Both the position numbers and the translations under genes were made by a program. The notes below the pieces were generated by a model that saw nothing but the letters and a program-made list of their open reading frames with translations, was not told the origin of the DNA and did not search any database. A stretch of 64,000 bases of DNA from an uncultured Pelagibacteraceae bacterium (lineage in GTDB: Bacteria; Pseudomonadota; Alphaproteobacteria; Pelagibacterales; Pelagibacteraceae), in assembly GCA_902633985.1 (NCBI GenBank), contig CACPHV010000002.1, forward strand, positions 45,439 to 109,438. Reading direction: 5' to 3'. Position 1 is the first letter of the stretch. Each line of letters opens with the position of its first letter. Positions 51,428 to 62,054 of the stretch are shown here, piece after piece.

Positions 51428-53299
51428 ATGAAAAATGATTTGTCATTTGATGTAGTTGTAATTGGAGGAGGCCATGCTGGATGTGAAGCTGCAGCAGCAT
51501 CTGCTCGTCTTGGAGTGAACACTGCCCTATTTACTCATAAAATAGAAACTATCGGTGAGATGTCTTGTAACCCGGCAATAGGAGGCTTGGGTAAAGGTCA
51601 TTTGGTTAGAGAAATAGATGCCCTTGATGGTGTTATGGGAGATGTAGCAGATAAATCAGGTATACAATTTAGATTGTTAAATAGAAGTAGAGGACCAGCA
51701 GTCAGAGGACCACGAACTCAATCTGATAGATCACTTTATCGTAAATATATGCAAGAAATATTGCTAAACTATTGTAATTTAAGCGTTTTTTCTGATCCAG
51801 TAGTAAAGTTTATTTTTGATAAAAATTCAATAAGTGGATTTGAAACTAAAGAAGGTAAGAAAGTTATATCTAAGAAGATAATACTCACAACAGGGACTTT
51901 TTTGAATGGTTTGATACATATAGGCGACGAAAGAACTCCTGCTGGAAGATACGATGAAAAACCTTCTACTGGTTTGAGTGAACAATTAGCAAAATATAAT
52001 TTTAAAATTGGAAGATTAAAAACTGGAACACCACCAAGGTTAGATTCAAGGACAATTAATTTTGAAAATTTAGAAGAACAATTCGCAGATGACGATCCTT
52101 ATTTTTTTTCATTCTTAACTAATAAAAATCTAAATAAACAAATATCTTGTCGAATGACTTATACAAACGAAAAGGTTCATAACATTATAGAAAAGAATTT
52201 ATCAAAGAGCGCTATGTACTCGGGTAGTATAAAAGGGGTAGGCCCAAGATATTGTCCGTCTATAGAAGATAAGATAGTAAAATTTGCAGATAAAGTTCGT
52301 CATCAGATATTTTTAGAGCCAGAAGGTCTAAATGACTACACAATTTACCCAAATGGTATATCGACATCACTTCCAGCTGATGTGCAACAAGAAATATGTA
52401 ATAATATCAATGGTTTAGAGAATGTTACTATATTAAGACCAGGATATGCAATAGAATATGATTATATAGATCCACGTGAACTATTCTTAACTCTTGAAAC
52501 TAAGAAGATAAGCAATCTTTATCTTGCAGGTCAAATTAATGGTACAACAGGATATGAGGAAGCTGCTGCACAAGGCCTTATAGCTGGAATAAATGCTGCC
52601 TTGTCTGTTAAAAAATTGGAACCATTCATACTTGATAGATCTGATGCCTACATTGGAGTAATGATCGATGATTTGGTGACTAAAGGAGTAGCCGAACCAT
52701 ACCGTATGTTTACATCAAGAGCAGAATATAGATTGAGTTTGAGATCTGATAATGCTGATCAAAGATTAACTGCAAAGGGTATAGAAATTGGTCTAATAGC
52801 TAATGAGAGAAAAGCAATATATTTGAGTAAATTTGAACAAATTAGTCAAATCAATTTAAAAATGAGAAATTCCAAGATTTCACCCTCTAAAGCTGAGAAA
52901 TTTGGAATTAAAATAGCAAAAGACGGAATATTGAGATCATCTAGCGAAGTTTTAACTCAAAAAGGGGTAAATATGAGTAAAATTAGGGAAATATGGTCCG
53001 ATATACCTTTTTTTAGCAAAGAAATTGATGAACAGGTGGAAATCAATGCTCATTATAGGGGGTATTTAAAGAAGCAAAAAGCTGACATTTTAGCATTTAA
53101 GAGGGACGAAAACTTAATTATTCCAGATAAAATCAATTATGACGGGCTATCAGGTTTATCTAATGAGGTAAAAGCAAAATTTAAAGAAATAAAGCCCAAA
53201 ACAATGGGTCAAGCCCTAAGAATTGACGGAATAACTCCTGCAGCTGTATATATTTTGTTGTCACATGTCAAAAGAAAGTCTATTAAGCATATAGCTTAA
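51428..53299 (+). CDS. mnmG: tRNA uridine 5-carboxymethylaminomethyl modification enzyme
   Basis: [28 protein letters not shown] and [12 protein letters not shown]. Confidence 0.98.
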   Translation: MKNDLSFDVVVIGGGHAGCEAAAASARLGVNTALFTHKIETIGEMSCNPAIGGLGKGHLVREIDALDGVMGDVADKSGIQFRLLNRSRGPAVRGPRTQSDRSLYRKYMQEILLNYCNLSVFSDPVVKFIFDKNSISGFETKEGKKVISKKIILTTGTFLNGLIHIGDERTPAGRYDEKPSTGLSEQLAKYNFKIGRLKTGTPPRLDSRTINFENLEEQFADDDPYFFSFLTNKNLNKQISCRMTYTNEKVHNIIEKNLSKSAMYSGSIKGVGPRYCPSIEDKIVKFADKVRHQIFLEPEGLNDYTIYPNGISTSLPADVQQEICNNINGLENVTILRPGYAIEYDYIDPRELFLTLETKKISNLYLAGQINGTTGYEEAAAQGLIAGINAALSVKKLEPFILDRSDAYIGVMIDDLVTKGVAEPYRMFTSRAEYRLSLRSDNADQRLTAKGIEIGLIANERKAIYLSKFEQISQINLKMRNSKISPSKAEKFGIKIAKDGILRSSSEVLTQKGVNMSKIREIWSDIPFFSKEIDEQVEINAHYRGYLKKQKADILAFKRDENLIIPDKINYDGLSGLSNEVKAKFKEIKPKTMGQALRIDGITPAAVYILLSHVKRKSIKHIA

Positions 53300-53943
53300 T
53301 GGATCAGGAAATTTTAAATTCTTATTCAAGAATCAATCACTTAAATGTTTCACGTGAAACATTTTTGGACTTCGAAAACTATATATCTATGATTCTTGAA
53401 AAAAATAAAAAAATCAACATAATTAGCCAAAATACAGCATCAAAAAAGGCTATAATTGAGCGTCATATTATAGATTCTGCACAAATAATTGATTTTGTTG
53501 ACTTAAATAGTAATACAACCACAGATATAGGTTCAGGAGGGGGTATGCCAGGTATAATCGTGGCAATTATACTAAAAAATATGAAAAATAATATGAATGT
53601 GCACCTTTATGAAAAAAGTTACCATAAAAGCCATTTTTTAAAGGAAGTTTCAAAAAAATTGAATTTAAACACAAAAGTTTTTCAAAAAAATATTTTTGAA
53701 ATAAAAAATTTAGAAACAGGAACAATAATGTCCAGAGCATTTAAACCAATGCCAGTAGTTTTAGAATTAGTATATGAAAATTTTTCCAAATATAAAAATT
53801 TAATTTTTTTTATGGGGAAGAGCGGAAAAAAAATTTTTGAAAATTCCAAAAAAAATTGGGAGCTGGAGTATATAGAAAAAAAAAGTTTAACAAGTGAAGA
53901 CTCATTTTTAATAAATATTAAAAAAATTAAAAAAAAAAATTAA
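53299..53943 (+). CDS. rsmG: 16S rRNA m7G527 methyltransferase
   Basis: RHIIDS, DIGSGGGMPG and SRAF; lies between mnmG and parA. Confidence 0.92.
   Translation: MDQEILNSYSRINHLNVSRETFLDFENYISMILEKNKKINIISQNTASKKAIIERHIIDSAQIIDFVDLNSNTTTDIGSGGGMPGIIVAIILKNMKNNMNVHLYEKSYHKSHFLKEVSKKLNLNTKVFQKNIFEIKNLETGTIMSRAFKPMPVVLELVYENFSKYKNLIFFMGKSGKKIFENSKKNWELEYIEKKSLTSEDSFLINIKKIKKKN
53346..53361. promoter_or_regulatory. parS centromere site
   Basis: Perfect consensus TGTTTCACGTGAAACA; the palindrome extends over 53343-53364; 0.6 kb upstream of parA. Confidence 0.95.
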
Positions 53944-54738
53944 ATGCAAATTATTTCAGTCATAAATCAAAAGGGTGGGGTCGGAAAAACTACTACGGTG
54001 ATAAATCTTGCGGCAGGTTTATCTCAAATAGATAAAAAAATTTTAGTAATTGACTTAGATCCACAAGGTAACGCTACCACAGGTTTAGGATTGTCTAATA
54101 TGGATAACTCAAGTGATACAATTTATGGAGTTTTGAATGGAACTAGAGAAATTAGTGACGTGATTAAAAAAACAGGGTTCGAAAATCTAGATATTATAAC
54201 ATCTAATGTTGATTTATCGGGTTTAGAAGTAGAGACGGCTGATGACAGTAATAGGGCTTTTATACTAAAGACTAAATTAACCGCATATTTAAACAATTCT
54301 AGAGGATTATATGATTATGTCTTGATCGATTGTCCACCATCGTTAAGCTTGTTGACAGTAATGGCACTTGTAAGTTCAAACTCTCTATTAGTACCACTTC
54401 AGACTGAATTTTTTGCTTTAGAGGGTTTAACGCAGTTAATGAAAACGATCGAAAGGATAAAAGTAAGCTTAAATCCAGATTTGAAAATCAGGGGTATACT
54501 TTTAACTATGTATGACAAAAGAAATAAGCTTTCATCTCAAGTAGAGAAAGAAGCTAGGGATTATTTTAGTGATAAAGTTTACTCAACTGTCATACCAAGG
54601 AATGTCAGACTGTCAGAAGCACCCTCACATGGAATGCCAGTATTGATCTATGACAAAACATGCCCTGGCAGCAAATCTTACTTTAGTTTTACTGACGAGT
54701 TTATCAATCAAGAATCAACAATTGGGAGTGCTGCTTAA
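53944..54738 (+). CDS. parA: chromosome partitioning ATPase
   Basis: NQKGGVGKTT, DLDPQGNA, DCPPSL and IPRNVRLSEAPS. Confidence 0.96.
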   Translation: MQIISVINQKGGVGKTTTVINLAAGLSQIDKKILVIDLDPQGNATTGLGLSNMDNSSDTIYGVLNGTREISDVIKKTGFENLDIITSNVDLSGLEVETADDSNRAFILKTKLTAYLNNSRGLYDYVLIDCPPSLSLLTVMALVSSNSLLVPLQTEFFALEGLTQLMKTIERIKVSLNPDLKIRGILLTMYDKRNKLSSQVEKEARDYFSDKVYSTVIPRNVRLSEAPSHGMPVLIYDKTCPGSKSYFSFTDEFINQESTIGSAA

Positions 54739-55580
54739 TGGATAAAATTAAAAAAGGATTAGGAAGAGGACTTTCATCGCTGATTGGTGAGTCAAAAATT
54801 GAACCTCAAAAAAATCAAGTATCAATTAGCGATCTGGTCCCAAACAAGTATCAACCAAGAAAGATATTTGATGAAGCTAGTTTAGAAGATCTTACTAATT
54901 CAATTAAAGAAAGAGGAATGATACAGCCTATAATCGTTAGAAATTCAAACGATGATAGATCAAAGTTTGAAATAATTGCTGGTGAGAGAAGATGGCTAGC
55001 AGCACAAAGAGCTGGTCTTCATAATGTACCTATCGTCATAACGGAGGCTGATGATTTAAAATCATTAGAATTTGCTATTGTAGAAAACGTTCAAAGACAT
55101 GACCTAAATCCTCTTGAAGAAGCGCAAGGATATAAAAGACTAATAGACGAATTTTCTTATGATCAAGAAAAAGTATCAAAGTTTATTGGAAAGAGCAGGA
55201 GCTATATAGCCAATTCATTGCGATTGCTTACTTTACCAGATGATGTAATAAAATTAATTGAAACTCAAAAATTAACAGCAGGGCATGCAAAAGTTTTAGT
55301 TGGTCTTGAAAATGCAAGTTTTGTAGCATCAAAAATTATTGAAAAAAAACTTTCTGTTAGACAGGCAGAAAATTTTGTTAAAATATTTAAAAATAAAAAA
55401 CAAAAATCCCGAATTTCCAAAGACACAAATATCACTGCTCTTGAACTATCTATTTCGAATAAAATCGGTTTAAATGTTGATATAAAAAATAACAAAAGAA
55501 ATAAAGGTACAATAAGTTTTGAATATAAAGACCTAGATCAATTGAATAAAATTATAGATATAATAAAATCTAATTATTAG
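54738..55580 (+). CDS. parB: chromosome partitioning protein
   Basis: GLGRGLS, QPR, IIAGERRW and ENVQRHDLNPLEEA. Confidence 0.96.
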   Translation: MDKIKKGLGRGLSSLIGESKIEPQKNQVSISDLVPNKYQPRKIFDEASLEDLTNSIKERGMIQPIIVRNSNDDRSKFEIIAGERRWLAAQRAGLHNVPIVITEADDLKSLEFAIVENVQRHDLNPLEEAQGYKRLIDEFSYDQEKVSKFIGKSRSYIANSLRLLTLPDDVIKLIETQKLTAGHAKVLVGLENASFVASKIIEKKLSVRQAENFVKIFKNKKQKSRISKDTNITALELSISNKIGLNVDIKNNKRNKGTISFEYKDLDQLNKIIDIIKSNY

Positions 55581-56562
55581 ATTTTAAAGATGCTTGTTGA
55601 AGTAAAAAATCTGAGACTAAATTTACAGAGTTGTTAATGTTTTTTTTAATATTCAGTTCAATATCATTTAGTTTGTAAATTAATTCTTTAAGATTGTCAG
55701 GATTCCATTTCATTAATTGCTGTTTTGTAATTTCTTTATCTTTCCAAAATATTGGAGGTTTGGCTGAGGAAATTGTTAAATTAATATCTTTATTATCTTT
55801 GTATTGATTAGAGAGTTTAAGAATTTTTTTAGATTTATTTAAAAGGGTTCTTATTATGAGGATACAGTCCTCACTGGCAAAATTATTTTCATTTAATATG
55901 TAAATCGTTTTATTTTTATTTTTCGCTAAACAATTATCTACCAGTTCTGCTATACTATGATTTTCATTTAAATTGGTTAATTTAGCTATATTTTCTTGAG
56001 TTATTTTCTTTCCACTTTTTGAGTAAAATTCAATTTTTTCAATTTCTTTAATTAGATTTTTTCTATCTCCACCACATTTATTGACAATTAGGTTTATGTT
56101 GCTTGGTGAAATCGAAATTTTTTTTGAATTTAAAATATTATGCGCTATTTTTGAAAGAGTTTGTTCGTTATCTAGGTAAAAAGCTATAGCAACATTTTTT
56201 TTACTTTTTTCAAAGTAAGATCTTAGTTTAGATTTTTTGTCTAAATTTTCAGATTCAATTATAATTGTTACACCATCTAAATTCTTTTCAAATATTTCCC
56301 CAATTACTTTGAATATTTTTTCAGTTGATCTCCTGATTAGAATAATTTTTTCGTTCTCAAAAAGTGATCTCGTCAATAAATTTTCTACAAATGCTTCAAA
56401 ATTTACTAAAATTTCTTTTTCTTCATATTTATTTATATTTTTTTTGTTTTTAATTAGATTATTTATTATTTCCTCCTTTAAACCTTCATTTTTTCCATAA
56501 AATAATAGATGCTGATTAGAACTTAATTTAATTTTGTCTGTTTCATAATTTTTTATAATCAT
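55570..56562 (-). CDS. holA: DNA polymerase III delta subunit
   Basis: LFYGKNEG, SLF, SKLR and PPIFWK; leuS-lptE-holA synteny. Confidence 0.85.
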   Translation of the reverse strand: MIIKNYETDKIKLSSNQHLLFYGKNEGLKEEIINNLIKNKKNINKYEEKEILVNFEAFVENLLTRSLFENEKIILIRRSTEKIFKVIGEIFEKNLDGVTIIIESENLDKKSKLRSYFEKSKKNVAIAFYLDNEQTLSKIAHNILNSKKISISPSNINLIVNKCGGDRKNLIKEIEKIEFYSKSGKKITQENIAKLTNLNENHSIAELVDNCLAKNKNKTIYILNENNFASEDCILIIRTLLNKSKKILKLSNQYKDNKDINLTISSAKPPIFWKDKEITKQQLMKWNPDNLKELIYKLNDIELNIKKNINNSVNLVSDFLLQQASLKSNN

Positions 56563-57011
56563 TTAATTTTTTTTATTTGTAAAATTAGTTTTTGGTAATT
56601 AATATCAGCTATATTTTCTTTTATTCTCAGTTCATAATTTTTTTCTTCAAAATCATCTTCAAAATTTTTCATTTTGAAGCTTTCATTAATACTATAATTT
56701 TTTTCTAATTCGTTTATAATTATTGTATAGTTCGTTTTAGCTTCCAGCTGATATTCTTCTGCTTTACCAGCAAGGTTTTTAGAAACAACATTTTTTTGGT
56801 AAGTTGTATTAAATTTTATTTGTACTAACTCAGAATTTATATTTTTATGCATTCTAAATTTTGAAAGAATTTTTGAATTGATTTCTCTATCACCCTCATA
56901 GCTTAAAACCTTAATATTGAATTGACCATCTTTCGTTGAATAAATAGGTGTATAATCGCAACCTGTTAATACTAGTATCAGAATTATTTTTAAAAAAAAT
57001 ATTTTAACCAT
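56559..57011 (-). CDS. lptE: LPS-assembly lipoprotein LptE-like
   Basis: Lipobox LTGC followed by DYTPIY; between leuS and holA. Confidence 0.7.
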   Translation of the reverse strand: MVKIFFLKIILILVLTGCDYTPIYSTKDGQFNIKVLSYEGDREINSKILSKFRMHKNINSELVQIKFNTTYQKNVVSKNLAGKAEEYQLEAKTNYTIIINELEKNYSINESFKMKNFEDDFEEKNYELRIKENIADINYQKLILQIKKIK

Positions 57012-57016
57012 GGTTT

Positions 57017-59554
57017 TTATACAATCAGATTTATAAGTTTATTTTTTACAAATATTTTTTTACGCATTTCCTTTCCTTCTATGTGTTTATATATATTTTT
57101 TTCTTTTTTAATCATCTCGAATATATTCTTTTCGTCTATATCTCTTTTACATTTAATTAGACCTCTTTTTTTGCCATTAACTTGAACTACTATATTTACC
57201 TCGTCTTCTTGGATCAAATCCTTATTATATTTTGGCCAAATTATTTTATCTCTTACTTTGATAATTTCTAAACACTCATTTGTAAAATGAGGAATTACTG
57301 GACTCATTAAAATTAATATTTTTCGATAATTTTCAATTAATGTTTTTTTTGAATATTTGTTATCTAATTTTTTGAATAAAAAAGAGTACATTTCGTGCAA
57401 ATTAGCAACAATTTTGTTATAACTAAAATTCTCCAAGTTTTCAGTCACTTTTTTGATAAGTTTATTCGTATATTTAGTGATCTCATCATCATCATCCTTT
57501 TCATGATTTTTTTTTATTTCTCCTAAAATCTTGGAATTTAAATTCCATAATTTTTGTACAAATTTAAAAGAAGACTGAATACCTTCCTCAGACCATTGTA
57601 CATCTTTTTCAGGTGGACTATCAGACAATATGAATAATCTTGCTGCATCTGCTCCATAATTTGAAATAATATTTTCTGGATCTACTGTATTTTTTTTTGA
57701 TTTAGACATTGACTCTGATGGTCCTACAGTGATTAGTTTAGATTTATCTTTTTTAAGATATTTTTTTCCGTTTACTGTTTCTATTTCCTCCGGGCTGACC
57801 CAATTATTTTCTGGATCTTTATACGTTTCGTGACAAACCATTCCTTGAGTAAAAAGACCACTAAATGGTTCATCTAGCTTAAAATTTTCATTTTTATGAG
57901 AAATTGCTCTCATAAAAAACCTTGAATATAGTAGGTGTAAAATTGCATGTTCAACTCCACCAATATATTGATCTACTGGCATCCAATAATCGATATCATC
58001 TTGCTTGAAACCATATTTATCCTCTTGAGGAGAACAAAATCTTAAAAAATACCATGAAGAACAAACAAAAGTGTCAAGTGTGTCAGTTTCTCTTATCATT
58101 TTTTTTCCATCAATCGTAATTTCTTTCCAATTTTTTTGACTATCTAAGGGGTTCCCTTTAACTTTTAGATCAATGTTTTGTGGAAGCTTTACTGGTAACA
58201 TTGATTTTGGTATTGGATGAACTTTGCCATTCTCATCATAAGCAACTGGTATTGGACACCCCCAATATCTTTGTCTGGAAACACCCCAATCTTTTAATCG
58301 GTAATTAATTTGTTTTTGACCTAATTTCTTTTCCTCTAAAATTTTTATTGTTTCAATGACCGAAGTGTTTGGAGCTTCAAGACCATTTAGAAAATCAGAA
58401 TTTATTATTTTTCCTGGTCCTGAGTACGCTTCATTTTTTACAGTAAAATTATCCTCTTCATTATGAGGTTTAACGACTGTTTTAATTTCTAAATTGTATT
58501 TTTTTGCAAAATCAAAATCCCTTTGATCGTGTGCTGGACAACCAAAAACTGCACCAAATCCGTAATCCATTAAAACAAAGTTTGCAAAATATACTGGTAC
58601 TTTATGGTTTGGGTTTAGTGGGTTTATTGCAATAAGATTTGTTTTAAAACCAATTTTTTCACCAACTGCTATGGCTTCTTCAGTTGTACCTGTCTTTGAA
58701 CACTCTTCTTTAAACTTTATAAAATCAATATTATCATTATATAATTTTGAAATTTCATGATCTGGAGATAAAGCTAAAAAAGCAAAACCAAAAAGAGTGT
58801 CGGGTCTTGTTGTAAAACATTTTACGCTACTTACAGATAAATCACCCTCGATTTTAAAGTTTATTTCGCTTCCAAATGATTTACCAATCCAATTTTTTTG
58901 CATTGTTTTTACTTTATTTGGCCATGAATCCAGAGCTTCCAGACCATCTAGCAGATCCTGAGAAAATTTTGAGATATTAAAAAACCACTGACTTAGTTTT
59001 TTTCTTTCCACAACAGCACCCGATCTCCAACCCTTACCGTCTATGACTTGCTCATTTGCAAGAACTGTCTCATCTACAGGGTCCCAGTTTACATAATTTT
59101 CTTTTCTGTAGACTAATTTTTTTTCTAAAAGTTCAAGAAAAAAGGCTTGTTGGTGTTTATAATATTCCTCTGAACAGGTAGAAATTTCTCTTTCCCAATC
59201 AATTGAAAGTCCAAGTTTCTTAAGTTGTGATTTCATTTTAGATATGTTTGTTTCGGTCCATGTTTTTGGGTCAAGATTATTTTGTTTTGCAGCATTTTCT
59301 GCAGGCATTCCAAATGAATCCCAACCCATTGGATGAAGTACATTAAAGCCTTGAAGCAATTTATATCTAGCTAGGACATCACCAATTGCATAATTTCTTA
59401 CATGACCCATATGAATTCTTCCAGATGGGTATGGGAACATTTCTAAACAATAAAATTTCTTTTTATTCTTATCTACCTTGGTTGAAAATATTTTATTTTT
59501 TTCCCAAAACTTCTGCCATTTATTTTCTACAGACTTAAAATTATATCTATCCAC
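57017..59554 (-). CDS. leuS: leucine--tRNA ligase
   Basis: MFPYPSG, HMGH, SRQRYWG, GGVEHA and MSKS; GTG start. Confidence 0.98.
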   Translation of the reverse strand: MDRYNFKSVENKWQKFWEKNKIFSTKVDKNKKKFYCLEMFPYPSGRIHMGHVRNYAIGDVLARYKLLQGFNVLHPMGWDSFGMPAENAAKQNNLDPKTWTETNISKMKSQLKKLGLSIDWEREISTCSEEYYKHQQAFFLELLEKKLVYRKENYVNWDPVDETVLANEQVIDGKGWRSGAVVERKKLSQWFFNISKFSQDLLDGLEALDSWPNKVKTMQKNWIGKSFGSEINFKIEGDLSVSSVKCFTTRPDTLFGFAFLALSPDHEISKLYNDNIDFIKFKEECSKTGTTEEAIAVGEKIGFKTNLIAINPLNPNHKVPVYFANFVLMDYGFGAVFGCPAHDQRDFDFAKKYNLEIKTVVKPHNEEDNFTVKNEAYSGPGKIINSDFLNGLEAPNTSVIETIKILEEKKLGQKQINYRLKDWGVSRQRYWGCPIPVAYDENGKVHPIPKSMLPVKLPQNIDLKVKGNPLDSQKNWKEITIDGKKMIRETDTLDTFVCSSWYFLRFCSPQEDKYGFKQDDIDYWMPVDQYIGGVEHAILHLLYSRFFMRAISHKNENFKLDEPFSGLFTQGMVCHETYKDPENNWVSPEEIETVNGKKYLKKDKSKLITVGPSESMSKSKKNTVDPENIISNYGADAARLFILSDSPPEKDVQWSEEGIQSSFKFVQKLWNLNSKILGEIKKNHEKDDDDEITKYTNKLIKKVTENLENFSYNKIVANLHEMYSFLFKKLDNKYSKKTLIENYRKILILMSPVIPHFTNECLEIIKVRDKIIWPKYNKDLIQEDEVNIVVQVNGKKRGLIKCKRDIDEKNIFEMIKKEKNIYKHIEGKEMRKKIFVKNKLINLIV

Positions 59555-59572
59555 AAAAATATTTATTTTTTT

Positions 59573-60130
59573 TTAGCCGTCACCTGGAATTGAAAGCACA
59601 TATGGTTTCTTTTTTTTATCTGGGTTATCTTTTTCATAAATAACCGCTTTCTTTAATATTTCTTTTTTAAGCTCAACTATTAGATTTTCACTTTTTTCTG
59701 AGATTGTACATTTATTTAATACATCACATTTTTTTGTGAATATTTTTATATCAAGTGCATCAGACCTTATTTCATTTGTTAGAAATCTTATTGAAATTTT
59801 AATTACCTCATTTGACTCACCGTCACTTGAATACCAATCTGTAATAATAATTCCCCCACTATAATTCACAGAAGCTAGTGGTATAAAATCAATTGTATCT
59901 AATGAAGCCCTCCATAGCTCGTTTGAGCTAGCAAACTCAAATTTTCCACCACCACTATTTTTTGTCATATCCATCAACCTAAAACCCTTACCTTCCTCTA
60001 AATTTTTCTTTACTCTTTCTTTAGGATCAAAGGGATTTTCTTTAGCATCACCTCCCATTTTTGCTAGTTGGCAAGATGCAAGAAAAAAACACACACTTAA
60101 AATTGTAAAAATTACTTTTAATTTACTCAT
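59573..60130 (-). CDS. DUF3576 family lipoprotein
   Basis: Lipobox LASC; LWRASLDTIDFIPL...GGIIITDWY. Confidence 0.85.
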   Translation of the reverse strand: MSKLKVIFTILSVCFFLASCQLAKMGGDAKENPFDPKERVKKNLEEGKGFRLMDMTKNSGGGKFEFASSNELWRASLDTIDFIPLASVNYSGGIIITDWYSSDGESNEVIKISIRFLTNEIRSDALDIKIFTKKCDVLNKCTISEKSENLIVELKKEILKKAVIYEKDNPDKKKKPYVLSIPGDG

Positions 60131-60219
60131 ATTTTGCTTTTTTAATAAAAAATTGAAGTTTCTTATATATTATATCTATTAAATGATGAAAAAATCTTAT
60201 TTTTACAGGATTATATCGA

Positions 60220-60237
60220 TGTTGCAAAAATACAACA
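60220..60237. promoter_or_regulatory. imperfect palindromic motif upstream of porin 1
   Basis: TGTTGCAA-AA-ATACAACA; related to the motif at 61823-61840. Confidence 0.6.
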
Positions 60238-60349
60238 TATTATTAAAATTTAGATAATTAATGCTAAAATAGCGTATTGGCAGCTAAAATCTGATAATTA
60301 AGCTCTGTTTATTATTAATAATTAACAATAAAAATAAGGAGTAATTAAT

Positions 60350-61312
60350 ATGAACAAATTTACTAAAATAGGTCTATCAGCATTAGCTGGATCTTTAGTA
60401 GCATTTTCTGCGCACGCTGGTTCTTTATCAGCTTCAGGAAGTGCATCACTAACTTTCTCTAATGGTGATGATGATTCTTTAACTCACGAAGGTAACCAGT
60501 GGACTATGGGTGATTCAATCACTATGACTGGTTCTGGTGAGATGGACAACGGAATGACTATCAGTGTGTCTTACGAAATCGATAACGATGACACAGGTGG
60601 TGGAGATGTTTACGACTCTCACAGCATGACTTTAGACACTAATGGAATGGGAACAATTACGTTCGCAGGTCATGGTGGAAGTTCAGCTATGAGTGCGTTA
60701 GACGACGTAACTCCAAATGGTTTCCAAGAGTCTTGGGATGTAGTAACAGGTGCTGAAACTGGAACACTTGTTGGTGGTTCTTCTGGTGACAACATGTTTA
60801 CTTACAAATCTCCAGATTTAGGTGGTGCTACTGTAACTGTTGCTTACCTAAACGCTTCTGACGCTGTAACTGATAAGTCTTACATGGACTTCTCAATTGT
60901 TGCTAAGCCAGAAATGGTTGAAGGTTTAGAAGTTGGTTATGGTTTCGGTGAAACTGAAGAAACAACTGGTACAGCAATCGATGATAGTGCTTTATACGTG
61001 AAGTACACATATGGTTCAGTAACAGTTGGTTACCAAATTAACGAGTCTGATGGACCAACATCTGCAACTGATATTGATTTCACAGCTGCTGGTATTTCAT
61101 ACGCAGTAACTGATGATTTAACAATTGGTTACAGTACTTCTGAGTCAGATAAAGCTTCAGACTCTGATGTGCAAGAAGCAACTGCAATCGGTGCTTCATA
61201 CACTTCAGGTGGTATTACTGTAGCTGGTTCTATGAACTCAGTAGATAACGTTGGTTATGATGCATCTGCTGATAGAGATGGTTACGAGTTCAATATCTCA
61301 TTTGCATTCTAA
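60350..61312 (+). CDS. outer-membrane porin, paralog 1
   Basis: Signal peptide ending AHA, Gly/Thr/Ser/Asp-rich beta strands, C-terminal ISFAF, AAGGAG RBS, and codons typical of high expression. Confidence 0.88.
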   Translation: MNKFTKIGLSALAGSLVAFSAHAGSLSASGSASLTFSNGDDDSLTHEGNQWTMGDSITMTGSGEMDNGMTISVSYEIDNDDTGGGDVYDSHSMTLDTNGMGTITFAGHGGSSAMSALDDVTPNGFQESWDVVTGAETGTLVGGSSGDNMFTYKSPDLGGATVTVAYLNASDAVTDKSYMDFSIVAKPEMVEGLEVGYGFGETEETTGTAIDDSALYVKYTYGSVTVGYQINESDGPTSATDIDFTAAGISYAVTDDLTIGYSTSESDKASDSDVQEATAIGASYTSGGITVAGSMNSVDNVGYDASADRDGYEFNISFAF

Positions 61313-61335
61313 TTAATTTAGATACAAATATTATT

Positions 61336-61366
61336 AAAGGGCCCCATTTTATGGGGCCTTTTTTTT
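61336..61366. terminator. intrinsic (probably bidirectional) terminator after porin 1
   Basis: AAAGGGCCCCAT-TTT-ATGGGGCCTTTTTTTT between convergent genes. Confidence 0.9.
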
Positions 61367-61724
61367 ATGCCACTTTATCTTGTAAATTAAATTTTTTTTT
61401 TTCCTTAAACAAACTTTCCATCAATTCTTTAGACGTTCTTGTAAACTTATAATATTTTTCTCTTTTATCATTTGGATTTAATTCCTTCTCGAAAAAACCA
61501 AGTTGTACTCCAGTTTTAAGTATGTTTTGTATTGTAGATCTACTAACTATTTTTGATGATATTTCATTACAAAGTTCCTCATGAGTTACTTTATACTTAA
61601 AGCCAATGTAAAAAATTATAATTAAATGGGCTATGCTTGAGAATATAAACCTTTTTAAAGTGTTGGATTCTACAACTTTTGAATTAATGATTTCAGAATA
61701 TAAGCTACGATAATACTTTTCCAT
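61365..61724 (-). CDS. MarR-like winged-helix transcriptional regulator
   Basis: SRSTIQNILKTGVQLGFFEK (recognition helix) followed by NPNDKREKYY (DxR wing). Confidence 0.7.
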   Translation of the reverse strand: MEKYYRSLYSEIINSKVVESNTLKRFIFSSIAHLIIIFYIGFKYKVTHEELCNEISSKIVSRSTIQNILKTGVQLGFFEKELNPNDKREKYYKFTRTSKELMESLFKEKKKFNLQDKVA

Positions 61725-61753
61725 TGTTACTAAATTAAAAAATGAGAATTAGT

Positions 61754-61774
61754 TGTTATTCATTATGAATAACA
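61754..61774. promoter_or_regulatory. perfect inverted repeat, candidate operator for the wHTH gene
   Basis: TGTTATTCAT-T-ATGAATAACA, 30 bp upstream of the wHTH start codon. Confidence 0.55.
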
Positions 61775-61822
61775 TTATCGTAAATTTAAATTAAATATTT
61801 ATTACAAACTTCTAATTTATTT

Positions 61823-61840
61823 TGTTGCAATCTTGCAACA
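61823..61840. promoter_or_regulatory. perfect palindromic motif upstream of porin 2 and the wHTH gene
   Basis: TGTTGCAA-TC-TTGCAACA. Confidence 0.65.
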
Positions 61841-62054
61841 TTGTTTAAAAAAAAAACTGATAAAAAAATATGTTAAAATTTACTAGTAATTAGTAACTTT
61901 AAAAAAACATTAAAAACAAAGGATTCATAGCTTTTGAATGTTAAGAAAATATGAAGGTAAATTTTACTATTATTAATTAATCTTTTTTAATTTTCATCAA
62001 ATATTAAAAGCAGCACCTAAGTTAATTATTAATAATAAACGAAAGGACGTTTAA

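Noticed and set aside
52468-52483. parS-like AGATCCACGTGAACTA in mnmG
   Set aside because: It has several mismatches to the consensus and is explained by the conserved DPREL peptide; at best a weak secondary site.
9915-56500. Short antisense or alternative-frame ORFs in the track (9915, 12219, 13027, 18206, 21029, 22677, 31536, 34021, 37717, 38688, 39040, 39191, 39581, 40118, 41720, 42386, 44665, 45465, 49436, 55265, 56237)
   Set aside because: They lie within or opposite well-supported genes and have shadow-ORF composition with no recognisable motifs.
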